64,000 bases of DNA from Octopus sinensis (Eukaryota): NCBI RefSeq assembly GCF_006345805.1, contig NC_043005.1, positions 5,394,001 through 5,458,000 on the forward strand. The letters run 5' to 3'. Below are positions 25,346 through 39,100 of the stretch, piece by piece; position 1 is the stretch's first letter, and every line of letters starts with the position of its first letter. The position numbers and the translations under genes are program-made. Under the pieces are notes generated by a model, which had not been told where the DNA came from, made no database searches, and saw nothing but the letters and a program-made list of their open reading frames with translations.

Positions 25346-26761
25346 TCCGATGCTAGTTTCTGACTACTTGTCAGAATATTATACTTGTCAAAATATCTAT
25401 TATTAGGTTTGATCTCTTCCCCTCCTCCATACTGACATCATTTAACATGTCTGTCCGATAACTGCTTTACTTTGATCATTTATCAAGCTTCTCCGTTATC
25501 TTTTCCAATTAGATTTCCTTTGTTCTTCGGCTGTTTTCCCAAATTGCTCCCTCCCCCCCCACCTCCATCTCTTATTATTCCACTCTTACTATAATAATGT
25601 CACATCAAACATTGCTTCTTTTACTTACTGAACAAACTGACTGTTTTAATCTATAACAGACACTCTTCGTTTTCTTTTTCTCTTTCTTCTCCCTCCTCTG
25701 CTACTAGGCTGAGCAGACACACCAGTCCTGTTTGGGTCACCCTGCCCAATCCTAATGGACACAAACCTGTGTTATAGGAGCAGATCTGAAAAATCTAAGA
25801 TCCCTGTTAGAAATGCACTGCTCACTTTTTCTCATCCTGTTCTTGATTATTTTAACACAACAACTGCTGTATGTTATACATTCCAGTTAAAATTTACTTG
25901 GAGATGCACAAGAGAACTGTCATCTATATAAGTCTTGCTCATTTTATAGGGTGTGGATAATATCAATATGCACAATTATAAACTTTAGGGTTGCTTTTGA
26001 TGTTGAGTAGCCATAAACAGATGCTTATCCCTTATCAATAACCATTTATGTTAGGGTTAGGGTCTTTTTTGGATGGGATCATTTTGAATGTCCATTCGTT
26101 TAGTCTATTAAAGGAGATTTTCTATGGCTACATGCCTTTTCTTTCACCAACCCTCACGTGTTTCCAAATAAGGCAAGGCTTGGTCATTGGTGACAGAAAG
26201 GCCACACTTTTTTTTTTTGCAGAACATTGGCAATAAATCACACTGCTTGTATGACCATGACACTTGTTTACAACTATTATGATTTGTCAAGAAAAGGGGG
26301 GATGGACACACACACACACACACATATTCTCTCTCTCCCTCTCTCCCCCATCTTTCTTATTCCAGTTTAATTAAACTTCTGAAACCACATGTCCTACCTA
26401 TGTTTATGAGGAAAATAAATTAAACTAAGATAAGGAAGAATTGTTAGAAATTGAAAATGAATTAAAACTTTTGAAAAATGGCTGTTAGTGCAACATTTAT
26501 AAAATCATAAATTAAGCTATTAACCTTCATCTTTAAAGATGGGACTTACTAAAACATTTTCTACTTCAATTGATTTCATGTCCAATAATCATCAAATGTC
26601 TTATTCCTCAATGAGTTGCAGATTAGATTTGAAAGAGGAACCTCTCTTCCCAAACTAACAGCAACAATTAGCTCTTATCCAGTAAGCCACATGAGATGCA
26701 TCTATGGCAAAGTTTTGGTTTTAGTGCCACTGCATGGCATCTTGGGCAAGTCTCTTCAACT

Positions 26762-26921
26762 CACTAGCATGGGAGGTGGGTAAGGGCCATCCGTCCCGGG
26801 CAGCACTTTTAAAGGGGCACCACTTTTGGGTCTGCTGTAGGCAATATGTGTTTTTTATGGGGTCCAGGGGTGGCAAATGGAAGGGCCGCCCCGGATTGCA
26901 CACACTCTAGTTATGCTAGTG
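26762..26921. mobile_element. 160-bp hAT-type MITE nested in a SINE
   Basis: Terminal inverted repeats (TIRs) CACTAGCAT / ATGCTAGTG; perfect 8-bp TSD CTTCAACT at 26754-26761 and 26922-26929. Removing it restores the SINE sequence gggcaagtctcttcaactatag. Confidence 0.85.
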
Positions 26922-27999
26922 CTTCAACTATAGTACATGTCCAACCGAAGCCTTTGAGTGGATTTGGTTAAGTAGAACCTGAAAGAAGCTTTGTGTGTGT
27001 GTGCTTGTCTTGACAGTGTGATGTTTATAAATGAATATCACCATCATACAAGTGATGTTGTTTGTGTTCAACTTTCCATGACAAATCAGTCTGACCATAA
27101 GGTAATATGAACGTGGAACAGGTGAGGGTTGGTAACAAGAAGGGCATCTGGCCATAGAAAATCTACCACATTGGGTTCCTTTGGACCCGAACAAGCATGG
27201 AATATGTGGACATTAAACAACGTTGATGATGATATCATCTCTAAAGGTTAGGCTAACAGTCAGAAAAATGCTAATCTTGTCAGCAAGGACACATTTCAGA
27301 CATTTAGGTTTGCAATTTTTTGTACTGTAATGGTAGATAGTTGCATAAACTTTAGTTGGCTAGCTTTATGGAATCTATCTATCAACAAACATTTTATTTT
27401 TAGGTCTTTGCTAATCTCCCAGCTTTATCTTTCTTTTGTTAATGGCTTTCACAGTTTCCACTCTTGTTTCACTACACTCCTACATTTTAAAATATTTCCA
27501 AAGTAAATGTCTTCTTCCCAATTTGTTTTACATTTTCTCTGTTATCTCTAAGCTTTCTATTTCAGTACCATAACATCATATTAGCATCATAAGTGTTGAA
27601 TAATGCTGCAGTCTAATAATAAATTATTTTATTGTTACAAAAATGGTGAAATGGTTAAGATTCTAGATTGTCAGCTTGCAGATTAAGGATTTTATATCAT
27701 TCTTCAGTGACTAGTACGTTCTCTCCTTTGAGCAATATACCAAATCTCTTTTTTATCTGTGCAACAACAAGTGGGTAACAAAAGTCTTGTTGTACCCGCT
27801 TTGATTTCATGCACAGAACTGAGAGGTATTTCTGTACCTCAAAACTATAAAAACTTTTTAACAATTTATGGTGTGCAGATACAGAAGATAAGTCCTCAAT
27901 ATTAATGAACATCTGTCTCAAGTTTGCTTAAGCTTCTGCTGTTATTGCAGGAGATTTTTCTATCTTACATATCTCTCTCTCATTTCAGCCCACTGCTTC

Positions 28000-28030
<31 letters not shown>

Positions 28031-28863
28031 TATCTGCTTATCTTGTGCTTCGTAACAGGCAGTAAGTAGTATCCTATTGCAGGCAACTGCCTGATATTGG
28101 AGGTGAACCCATGCTTCAGTGGGTTTACGGGTTTTCTATTATCACCATCCTTATCATCTTTTCAAGCCAGAATACGGGTGTATATGAGACTCTCAATTAA
28201 GAGACATCTTTCTGTGTTGATGCTTTCCTCTCTTAAATATAGTGTTACACATTAACACAGCATTTGTGTCCTTAAATCTTTATCTTCAGACACACACACA
28301 CACACACTCACACACACACACCACGCACATGCATGCATGTACATGCTCATATACAAACTGGCATTTGTTAGCATAAGTGATTCATCATCCATTAAACTCT
28401 TTTCCATATGGGCAACAATTCTGTCTCCCCCTCCTCCACCTTCATCTCTGTCATTTTACTATACTTATATTTAGTTTTATGATAATTGCCAAATATGTGT
28501 GTGTGTGTGTGTGTGTGTGCTCAATATATTTGGTACACATGTCCATCTGTATGCATCAATACAGATATGAGTGACTATGTGTGCATGTGTACAATATCTA
28601 TGCATGTGTATATACATATATATGTGTGTTTATGTGTGTGTGTGCGTGTATACATACATACACACATACACACACATGGATTTGTTAGAACAATCAGAAG
28701 AAATAAAACTCTACATGTGTATATATATACATTTTTAATAGATATCTTTAGTTATTTAGTTGGCTGAAAGAAGAGTGACTTTCAGTGCTTGAGTTAGTTC
28801 TGTAACATTCCTCTGATTAAAAATAAACATTATATATATTTACACACACACACAACAGCCGTA

Positions 28864-29728
28864 TAGAGGTGTTGGGTGAAATGATAGAACCAGCTTATTA
28901 AATGGAAGTTTTATTGTTCAATATGGAGTCAGTCTCCTTTTGGTATCAGTCACAGCTTTAATACATCAAGGAATTGACTTGTACATATTCTGAATAGTTG
29001 TTAGAGAAATTTCAAGTCATTCTTCCAGCAAAACCTGCTGTAGCTCTTTCTGTGATAATTTTGGAAGGAAGTGGCACCTGACTTGTTCTAAAATGTACCA
29101 TAAATGATTGATTGTGCTGAGATTTGGTGATTGTGTGTGTGTGTGTGTGGGGGGGGGGGCAATCCAAGTTGTCTACTTCACTTTTGTGTTCTTCGTATTA
29201 ATTTTGAATAATATTAGTTGTGTGAATTGATGCATTATCATCCTAGAAGATTGTGCTTCCATCAGGGAACAATGCTTGTACCATAAGATTGACATGTTCA
29301 ACCAAAATACTCTGATGCCTTGTAGAACAACTAAAGGGTCAAAGAATTCTATGGTACGGCTGCTCTGCACAGAATTATGCTTGCCAAAGCTGACTTTTAC
29401 TTTGGTTTTAGTATGCCAACATGAGTTTAGAGACTCTAAACATTGAGCTATTTAGCAGTTTTAGTAACTGAAGCTCTGGTCATTCATGCACCAACAATTT
29501 GTTCTCTTTGGAAATCAGATAGAAAACACATAATTTAATATCTGCAAAAAATTTTTTTTAAATTAAAAATAGTGCTACGTCATAAAGTACAAGGCCTACA
29601 GAATACACGTGAACACATACATGCAAACAAGAACAGTTTTTAATGTTTTCTGTTGCCAATAGAAAAATAGTTAAAAACAAAAAACAAAACAAACAAACTA
29701 GTGTTTCCATCATTTTGTCCAACCTCTG
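28864..29728 (-). mobile_element. Internally deleted Tc1-family transposon
   Basis: TA-flanked imperfect TIRs (TA-CAGAGGTTGGACAAAATGATGGAAAC vs TA-TAGAGGTGTTGGGTGAAATGATAGAAC). Minus-strand remnant LFPDGSTIF*DDNASIHT...QSPNLSTINHLW...NMYKSIP*CIKAV...TPY* matches the Tc1 DD34E C-terminus. Confidence 0.8.
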
Positions 29729-29789
29729 TATATATACCTTTATACACACACACACATGCATGCCTCATTCAGGCTACAATCAAACACCT

Positions 29790-30400
29790 TTTGCAGGATG
29801 GTATTTCTGTGCTACCAACCGAAATGAACTTCTTGGTTTGAAACTCATGCAAACCCAAACCATCAGCTCCTTGAGGCCCCTTAGGATCATTCTGTGGTCA
29901 ATGATAGGTATGGTCACAGGTCATCTCTACAGCATTAACGATGCAGTGGTCATCTCTACAGCATTAACGATGCAGTGATTGGCTCTTTGTACTGACCTTC
30001 AACCAACTTTACCAGAATGTTTATAGCAAGGATTACTGAAATGGTAATCCAGTTATAATACCCTTCTGAGGCTTATGCTTTCCTAGTGTTGTAGAAATAG
30101 TAGACTCCCTAACCCTGAACGAAATTCATTAACTGGGTGACCACATTCAAGGGTTCCAGACATTCTGATACCTTTGGGATACCTCCTTTTTGAACTGGGG
30201 TATCAATGTAGGGATTCCTCAGCAGGTTGTCAGGTGCCTCATGACACTACTGAAGAATACCATTTTGTTAGCTGTGAGGTAAGAGATTATTCTAAACTGA
30301 TTGATGATCTTTGACTCTTCCTCCTCTGAAATCTACACCCTTAGTCCTTATCAAGAGAAAGAGCTTGTAACATCTTTGAGTAGATCCTGCACTTTCTGCT
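29790..30400 (-). mobile_element. Possible Gypsy-type integrase relic
   Basis: Broken minus-strand peptides in plausible order: LDYHFSNPCYKHSGKVG*RSVQRA (cf. SSPxYPQSNGKAERxVQ), D-PYLSL (one frameshift), EVHFGW*HRNTIL (cf. ELLFGRxLRTxLP). Very degenerate. Confidence 0.35.
29919..29977. repeat. Perfect 29-bp tandem duplication
   Basis: GGTCATCTCTACAGCATTAACGATGCAGT twice. Confidence 0.95.
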
Positions 30401-31324
30401 TGCGACAAAGCATCTCTGATGTTTATTTTACCTCTACAGACATTTACACACACACATATGCATACACACACATGCATGCACGCACACTCACTACTTTACA
30501 AAGGACATCCAGCTGTAAAACCCATAATAAAGCAGACACTGGAGCTTGGTGCAGTCTTCTGGCTCATCAGCTCCTGTCAAACTATCCAACCCATGCCAGC
30601 ATGGAGAACAGATGTTAAATGATGAGGATATGTATATATATATACACTAAACTGTTATAACAGTTGTGGTCCGTGTGTTTTGCAGTAAGTCACAGAGGGC
30701 CCTGAGCATTCCTGCTGATCCTTTCCTTTTATAATGTTAATAACCAAATAGTCACACTCATAGATCCAGGTAAAGCACAGCAGCTTCAGCTGTGAATTGA
30801 AACCAGTCTGTGATGTTTACCCAGTTTGAAATATATTTAGAGAGAAAACGTTATGTTAATTTACATTTGACGTTAATGAGTATACGATATTTCTTTAATT
30901 ATCTTTATCATACTAATTGTTGTTCTGCCTAGCAGCATCACATACATTATTTGCATATTTCACTATAGTTATATTCCTGCAGGAAACTATGTGTTTATTT
31001 GACCTGCTAGAAATAGAAGTCAAATACCGTTAACTCATGCCTCTCTGTCTCAAATAAAGAAAGGCACATATTTAATAATATTGTCCTAGGCTTTCAAAAA
31101 GACCTGATTACAACAACCAGAGTTGTTGTAATCCTGTCTTTATTTTTGTTCTTCATTACTGGTCTGCTTAACCAGGGCTGACCTGGGACTAAGCAGCATT
31201 GCTGAAGTGACACTCATCTCTTCAAACAGCCCCACTTGAGAATGAGTGACAACTCAAGAAACTATGTTAATGGGTAAGGGGTTAAATTGGTTTCTCCTTT
31301 AAAATAATGCAATTCAGACAATAG

Positions 31325-31624
31325 ATGAATATAATAACAGTGTGTATATATATCACTTATAATGAATATAATAACAGTGTGTATATATATCACTTATAAT
31401 GAATATAATAACAGTGTGTATATATATCACTTATAATGAATATAATAACAGTGTGTATATATATCACTTATAATGAATATAATAACAGTGTGTATATATA
31501 TCACTTATAATGAATATAATAACAGTGTGTATATATATCACTTATAATGAATATAATAACAGTGTGTATATATATCACTTATAATGAATATAATAACAGT
31601 GTGTATATATATCACTTATAATGA
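31325..31624. repeat. Minisatellite, 37-bp unit, 8 identical copies
   Basis: ATGAATATAATAACAGTGTGTATATATATCACTTATA head-to-tail with no spacers. Confidence 0.97.
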
Positions 31625-33066
31625 CTACACAAATGTAGAACAGCAGAGCTGTAATGCTTTGAGTGTCTAATGACTTGAAAGAGTTTCAAAGTAATGGTTG
31701 ACTAGCATTAGGTATTTAAGTCTGTAACAGCTTAGTCACAGCCTCACATTATAATTCCCGCATCATTCTTGCATGGCCCAGAGGGAATTCATTGAGGCAG
31801 ATTTTCTTTTTTGCAGGTGAATGTCCTGCCTACCACCAACCCTCATCTGTTTCCAAGCAAGCCAGACAAATTTCTCTTAAATGAATGACACTGCTTGTAT
31901 GACAGTGAGGCTCATTTACAACTATCACATGATGCCAAAACTAAGGAATACACTCTTACTCATACATGCACATACATGATGGCTTTCTTTCAGTTCTGTC
32001 TATCAAATCCACGCACAAACTTTGCTTAGTCCTTCTAAGGTGCCACACAGTAGGACTGAACCCAAAACCACATGGTTGGGAAGCTAACTTCTTGACCACA
32101 CAGCAATGCTTGGACCCATATATGGTTTATGTGATTTAAGAACTGTTGTTATTTTGTGCTTAATTAGTAATATGCCTTTATTATATATTAGTGTCTATTT
32201 TTGTTATACATTCAAAATAAATCTTTTCAAAGCTGAGCTACTTACCTAGAAGTCACAGTTTCAAATCTCTCTAAGCCCATTTCATTATGTCTCTCGATTG
32301 GATATTGTCTTCTACCTTCTTTAGTTTAAATCAATTCCAGCTACAGATTTTGTTGTTTAATGTTTCATGTAATATTTCAGGACACACAGACATGGCTGTG
32401 TGATTAAGAAGTTTACTTACCAACCGCATGGTTTCAGGTTCAGTCTCACTGTGAGATATCTACTATTGCCCTGGACCCATTAAAGCTTTGGGAGTGGATT
32501 TTGTTGATGGAAACTGAAACAAGCCCATAATGTGTGTGTGTGTGTGCATGAGAGAAAAATTTCCTATTTCCCCTTTTGTCTTCATGCATGTTTACTAGTT
32601 CTCTAAACAGCAACCACACTGACAGTGTCAAATGGTGTCATTGGTGTCCTGCCTGCCATGAAAACATGTCTGGGCTTCTCAACATGTTGTGTAATCTTTG
32701 TAAACAAAAGGCTTGTTCATATGAGTTCTGTGATTGGATACATCTATCTAGGCTTTGTTGGTCAATAGACTGGGAAATTATTACCTTACCTGGAAACAGG
32801 AGAGGATTGGTGAAAGAAACGGGTAGCCAGCTGTAGGAAACGCTGCCCCTATGTTCTATCATCTGGCCCAGAAATTATGGAAAAGTAGATGTTAAAACTA
32901 TGTTGATGTTAAAGAGCATTTTGTTGGATAAACAAATATAAAAAAAACACACAAAAAAAAAGCCCACTTGTTGTAACAATTATGTTAAACTCAATAAACA
33001 CAGCAAAACCTTAAAAGAAAAAGAAAAGCAACAAGAATCACATTAACATTTGTGGAATTTCTGTAT

Positions 33067-33153
33067 TATGTTTTATATAAGGTTCCATAGCTTGTTAGCC
33101 ACTATATATGTTTTATATAAGGTTCCATAGCTTGTTAGCCACTATATATGTTT
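33067..33153. repeat. Perfect 40-bp tandem duplication
   Basis: TATGTTTTATATAAGGTTCCATAGCTTGTTAGCCACTATA twice plus a partial third copy. Confidence 0.95.
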
Positions 33154-35997
33154 CATATTGTGTTGTTAGATGTTGTATTTAGTATTAACATTCCTGTTGA
33201 GGTTACATCTTCAGGTTGATGTGTGTTTGTTCTGCTTCACTGCTTCTCGCATGTTCCCAGCAGCTCTTTTTCTTATGTTTGCTTTACTTTTTACATTCCA
33301 TATTCTTAAGACTTCAGACTTCACTGACCTACATTTTGCTCTAGTTATCAACCTATACTAACTAGCATGCAGTTTCCATTATTAGCCTTTTGGAACTGAG
33401 GGGTCGAGCAAACAACACCTGTTTATTTAATTCAGAACCACCTTATTTATTCTGTCTAAAGAAAAAAATAATAATGACTAAAGAAAAGGAGAAAAGTGAA
33501 GTGAAAAGATCAGCTTGTGCCCAGCCATAGGGGCTGATCACATTCCTTTATGAAATGTGCAGCTCTTCAACACCACCACCACCACCACTACCATTTGAAA
33601 GGAGGAACTTAGTTTATGCTTGATAAACCCTTCTCACTCTCTTTCTCTCCAGCGTTATTGAGTTTTCAGTTCCTGGTATTGTATGTTAAGCCTTTCCTTA
33701 CCATACTTCAAATGAAATACACTGCATTCATTTCAGTTAATTTTGAAAATAATGAAGAATTTAGTGAAATCCATTATCAGACTGGCATCTGGAACAAATT
33801 AACAGGAAATTTTGATAGGTTTTTAGGCCACTTCAAAACAGGAAGTTTGTATCATAGAACCAGGAATGATCTTAGGCAGGTTGTTTTCAACCCTACCATC
33901 ATTGGATGACATAATCTGATTAGATAATAAATGACTGGATGATCATGGCTGGAATGCCCTTGAACATAGGACTGCTTAACTTTTTTTGTGTCATATTTGT
34001 GTTGAAATACGCAGCCTTCATTTCAATAATAAAATGACATTGCAGGTCTTAGTATTGGTATTTCTTTGAATGAATCAGTCAAGTATTAATGATATATTAA
34101 TTAAATCTGCTTGCTTCCCAACCATGTGATCGTAGGATCAGTGCAGCATCTTGGGCAAGTATCTTCTACTATAGCCCCAGGTCAACCAAAGACTTGTGAG
34201 TGAATTTAGTAGGTGTGTGCATGTGTGTGTGTAGGCATATAGCCTAGTGGTTAGGGAGTTGCGTTCACAATCACTAGATTGTAGGTTCAGTTCACAGACT
34301 GAGTGGCACATTGTGTTCTTGAGCAAAACACTTCATTTCCTGTGGCTCCAGTCCAGTTAGCTGTAAAGGGGTAAATCTGTGAGGGACTAGCTGTCCAATC
34401 AGGTAGAACATTGGCCTGCTCACCTAACCAGTTGAATGGCATCGTTCAAACACTAAAACAATGCAGAGCACATTGTGACCTACAATGTATATCAGCATCT
34501 GATAGCCTGGTTGACCATGTGGTTGTGTGTGTGTGTGTGTGTGTGTGTTGTGTGTGTGTGTGTTTATATAAAGGGAGAGGGATGGGGTAGAAGGGTGTAC
34601 CATTGTCTTAATGTCATATAATAGTTGTAAATGAACATCACCATCATTCAGGTGACGTTTGTTTCCAGACTTCCATGAAGAGCATATTTGGCCATGGGGG
34701 AAATATTACTTTACTTGGAAACAGATGAGAGTTGGCAACAAGAAAGGCATCAGGTCATAGAAAATCTACCTCAAATTCCTTCTAACCCTTGCAAGAATGG
34801 AAAAGTGGACAATGGATGGTGATAGTATCTAAACTAAACTCACATCATTGTTGTTTAAGCTAAAGGGACCCTGATTAAGTAGATGTATGATTAAAAGCAT
34901 TCAGGCCATCACCCTCTCTTTTCTTTGCTTTTTCTCTTGAGGCATATCTCCTGGACTTCATTATTCACTATGTTCCATTTTAAGATGGGAGGGAATTGGC
35001 TGAGGCAGATTTAGCTGTTACTTTTATATGAGAGACACTCTCTCATCGGCTCTGTATGTATATAGTCTTGGTGTAAAATTTGGTTGATTTATTCCTGAAT
35101 TTTCTCCCAGTTGTTTGGTGGATGACCTCACAGACTTATTTGCTGCAGATATATATGGAATCAATTTATTTTATCAGATTATTTTTTTACTTGTTTCAGT
35201 CATTTGACTGTGGCCATGCTGGAGCACTGCATTTAGTCAAGCAAATCGACCCCAGGACTTATTCTTTGTAAGCCTAGTACTTAGTCTGTCAGTCTCTTTT
35301 GCCAAACCACTAAGTTATGGGGACGTAAACACACCAGCATTGGTTGTCAAGCAATGTTGGGGGGATAAACGCAGACACACAAACATATATATATACGACA
35401 GGCTTCTTTCAGTTTTCATCTACCAAATTCACTCACAAGGCTTTGGTCAGCCCAAGGCTATAGGGACTTTTGGTTGGCCCAAGACTATAGGGCTATAGGC
35501 CATTCAGAGGGACTGGACTCATAACCATGTGGTTGGTAAGCAAGCTACTTACCACACAGCCACTCCTGCACCTATATTGACTTAAAAAAAATTTTTTTTA
35601 TAATTTTGAAGTATCAGATTTTACCTTTTATTATTGTTGTTGTAGTTGAGGGGGAAGCTTAAGTTTGCAGACCCATTTGCATGAGAGACAACATGTTTAG
35701 TGGCTTGTCGTCCATCTTTATCTTCCGAGTTCAAATGCCACTGAAGTCAACTTTGCCTGTCATCCTTTTGGGGTCAATAAAATAAGTACCAGTTGAGCAC
35801 TGGGGTTTATTTGCTGTTCCCCTTTCCCAAAATTTCAAACTTTGTGCCCATAGTAGAAAGGATTATTATTATTATTATTATTCATATACTCACAATGGAT
35901 TAGACTGTTGGAAAAGGAAAATTCCTAACATTGAGCTTTAACAAGTAATCTTTTATTATTATTATTATTATTATTTTTTCTCTTCTATTTTTTCCAG

Positions 35998-36158
35998 ATT
36001 TTCCCTATCAAAAGCAGCAGCAAATGTGCAGAGTTCTGGCAAACAACACCATTGTTTGTGATCCTGTGTTATATGAGGAAATAGATATCTGGAAAAACCA
36101 CAAAGACCATCTTGATTCTTTAATTCAAAAATATCAATTGACAATTAAAAATTTAAAG
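35998..36158 (+). CDS. Sulf1: SULF exon E: (D)FPYQKQQQMCRVLANNTIVCDPVLYEEIDIWKNHKDHLDSLIQKYQLTIKNLK
   Basis: Long polypyrimidine tract ending ttttccag, donor AAG|gtttgt; 161 nt, phase 1-0. Aligns to SULF1 [43 protein letters not shown], with the N-glycosylation sequon (NNT) in the same position. Confidence 0.92.
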
Positions 36159-39100
36159 GTTTGTATACACATTTGTAGACAGCATCAGTTTTGTTCTTCT
36201 TCTATTTTGTTTTTCTTGTCAGCTTTGCCTTCAAGAACAACATTGATCAGGCTTTGTTTGGATATCTTTGGCTTCTAATCTAATATAATATTAATATTTG
36301 CTTTTTGTCTCCTTCACCTTTCATTACATTGTATTTTACTGTGTTTACTTACTGAAATACAGTAATTAGTAAGTTGTAGTAGTAGTAGTAGTAGTGGTGG
36401 TGGTGGTGATCATATTGAAGTTGAAGTAGTGTTGAGAAAATTGGTAACTATATTATCAAGAAGTCCAATCACATCATATTTAAATTGAAAAAGGCTAAAC
36501 TTCTGATCATCCAACTCAACCATTCTGGAGAAATAAACATCAATCGGATGAGAATACAACGAGAAAATGTTTTTTGCATTTTTATTATTGTTATTAAGGC
36601 CATGAAGTGGCAGAATCATTAATACACCAGACAAATTGCTTAGCAGCATTTCATCCATTTTTATGTTCTGAGTTTAAATGCTGCTGACATCGAATCAGCC
36701 TTTCTTCCTTCTGGGGTCAATAAAATAAGTATCAGTTGAGCATTGGCACCAATGTAGTCAAGTTACTCACCTAAAAAATTGTTGGCCATCTGCCAAAATT
36801 TGCGACCGTTATTGTTATTATTATTATTATTATTCAAATGTTTATTTTTTGATATTTGTACAGATATATTTTGAAGATATTGAAATATTTTTGCATTGTG
36901 ATATTTTCTTTTTTCAGAAATATTGTAATTGTTTCAAAGCCACACAGGGTAGACAGTAAAGGAGATTCAACAAATTATTGAATTTAAAGAAATTAAAGCA
37001 AATTGTTGCTTTAATTACTGGATTTCCTATTGCTATGCAAAGATATTAATTTTTTTACCCAGATTTTCACAGCTGGTTAAAATGGATTTGGTGGTGTCAA
37101 ATTTCTTGTTTGGGGTTTGAATTTTTTCTTCCTATTTTTTATGATTTCAGGTATCTTCCAACATGGCTCTCTTTCAGAAATAAAAGGAATTCTTTCAGTT
37201 TACAAGAATTAAAAAAAAAAAATCATATTAAGTTCAAGTTTCATTTATTCAGTGACATCACAGATATAATACATTCTGTTTTGTCATTAAAAATAGAATG
37301 AAGACAAATTGCCTTGAAAAAAGAAGAAATTATTTTCTATAAAAATACCCCATATATTACCTTGTATTGCTTCCCATTAGATGCATTATTAAGATACCAA
37401 CTTGCTTGAGACCATCCCTGGTTCTTTAACAAACTTCCTTCTTTAAAGTAATCTAAACTTTCCATCAAAATAATTTATGTTCCAAATACCAGCTTAATTG
37501 ATAGTTATTTCACTAAATACTTCATTTTTTTGAAAATTAATTGAAACGAAGAGAGAGGATTTCAACAGAAATATGGTGCTTAGAACATTTTCTAATGTAG
37601 CTTCCCATTTTTAAAACCCTTTCCCAACAATCTGCCCTGGACCATTCCCTGGTTCAATGATACAAACTTCATGTTTTAAAGTGATCTAAATTAAAGCCGT
37701 CCCAAAATTTCACATTAACTTATGTTCCAAACACCAGCTTAATAACAAAGTTGTTATACTAATTTCTTCATTATTTTCAAAGTTAATTCAAAAAAAGAGG
37801 TTGTAATTTAAAAAAATATAATAAAAGGGTTAAAGTGATCTAAAATCCGTCGTCAAAATTTCATATTAATTTACGTCCCAAACGACAGTTGTTTTACTAA
37901 ATAATTTTTCCTTATTTTAACATTTAGTTGAAACAAAGGCATTTCTTTATAAACATTGTAACAAAAGGGTTAACAAGAACTCTTGCTTCCAACTTCAACC
38001 TGGAATAAATCTGTAAAGAAATGAAAAAATATTCTGAACAAAATTGAAGAAATTGTTTTGTAATTTAGAGTTTTTTCTCCTCTTCTACAAAAGAGGTTAA
38101 TATCTTGAACAGCTCCAGCTTTTTCTCATATTTTATATCTTTTCCAACCTTGTTTTATAATGGAACTAAATTTTCTGAGCTGAAAGTTATATGGTGACAA
38201 GCTGGCAGAGTCGTTAGTGTTGGACAAAATGCCAACTCTTATTTCCTCTGACTCATTACATTCTGTGTTCAAATTTCACCAAGGTCAGCTTTATCTTTCA
38301 TCGTTTTGGGGGTTAATAAAATAAAGCACCAATCAAATAATGGGGTTGATGTAATTAGCTTGTTCCCTCCACTCGAAATGGCTGGCCTTGTCTCAAAATT
38401 AAAAAGAATTATTATTAAAATGGCAAAAGCTGGCAAGATGTTTAGCATGTTGGACAAAATACTCTTCAGCATTTCCTCCAACTCTTTACAATCTGAGTTC
38501 AAATCACACCAAGGTCAGCTGTTCCTTTCATCATTTCAGGGTAAATAAAGTACTAGCCAAGTGCTGGGCTCAATGTAACCGACTAACAAGCTCCCCCTAA
38601 AATTTAGAACAATCATTAGTTTTATTTACTTTTCACAATTTCTATCTTTAAAGTAATACCAGTAATTTTGTACGAATACTTGAAAGATTAAATTTACTCA
38701 TTATATACACAGCAATTTAGTTTTGCATTGTATATATATTTTACTTTTTAATTTTTTTCTTGTAAAAGTAATATTTTGGAAATTTAAATCTCTAAATTTT
38801 ATCAAAATTTTGAATTTTTTAACCATTTTTTCCTCACTGTCCTGGAGTCATTTACAAATGGAACTGGGTCTTTATAAACACCCAATAGCGCTAGTTCTAG
38901 TTCCTTTGCTTCTGATTTGCTAATATTAATAATTATAGATTAATTGCTCTTACTACAGCAATCATGTTCTTTCAGGGTCCACCTATTCTATATGAACAAC
39001 AATAGAACTGAGTTTTTTTTTTTTTTCGCTCTCTCCATTTTTGCTTAACAAAATTTTTTTTTTGTTAAATTTTATCTTTCTTTAAAATTTCCAACCCTCC

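Noticed and set aside
31325-31624. CRISPR array (37-bp repeats with dyad symmetry)
   Set aside because: Units are contiguous with no spacers, no cas genes, and the context is a eukaryotic intron.
36918-36950. Candidate micro-exon KYCNCFKATQ after ttttttcag
   Set aside because: Donor phase is incompatible, and the exon E/F junction already matches the contiguous SULF motif.
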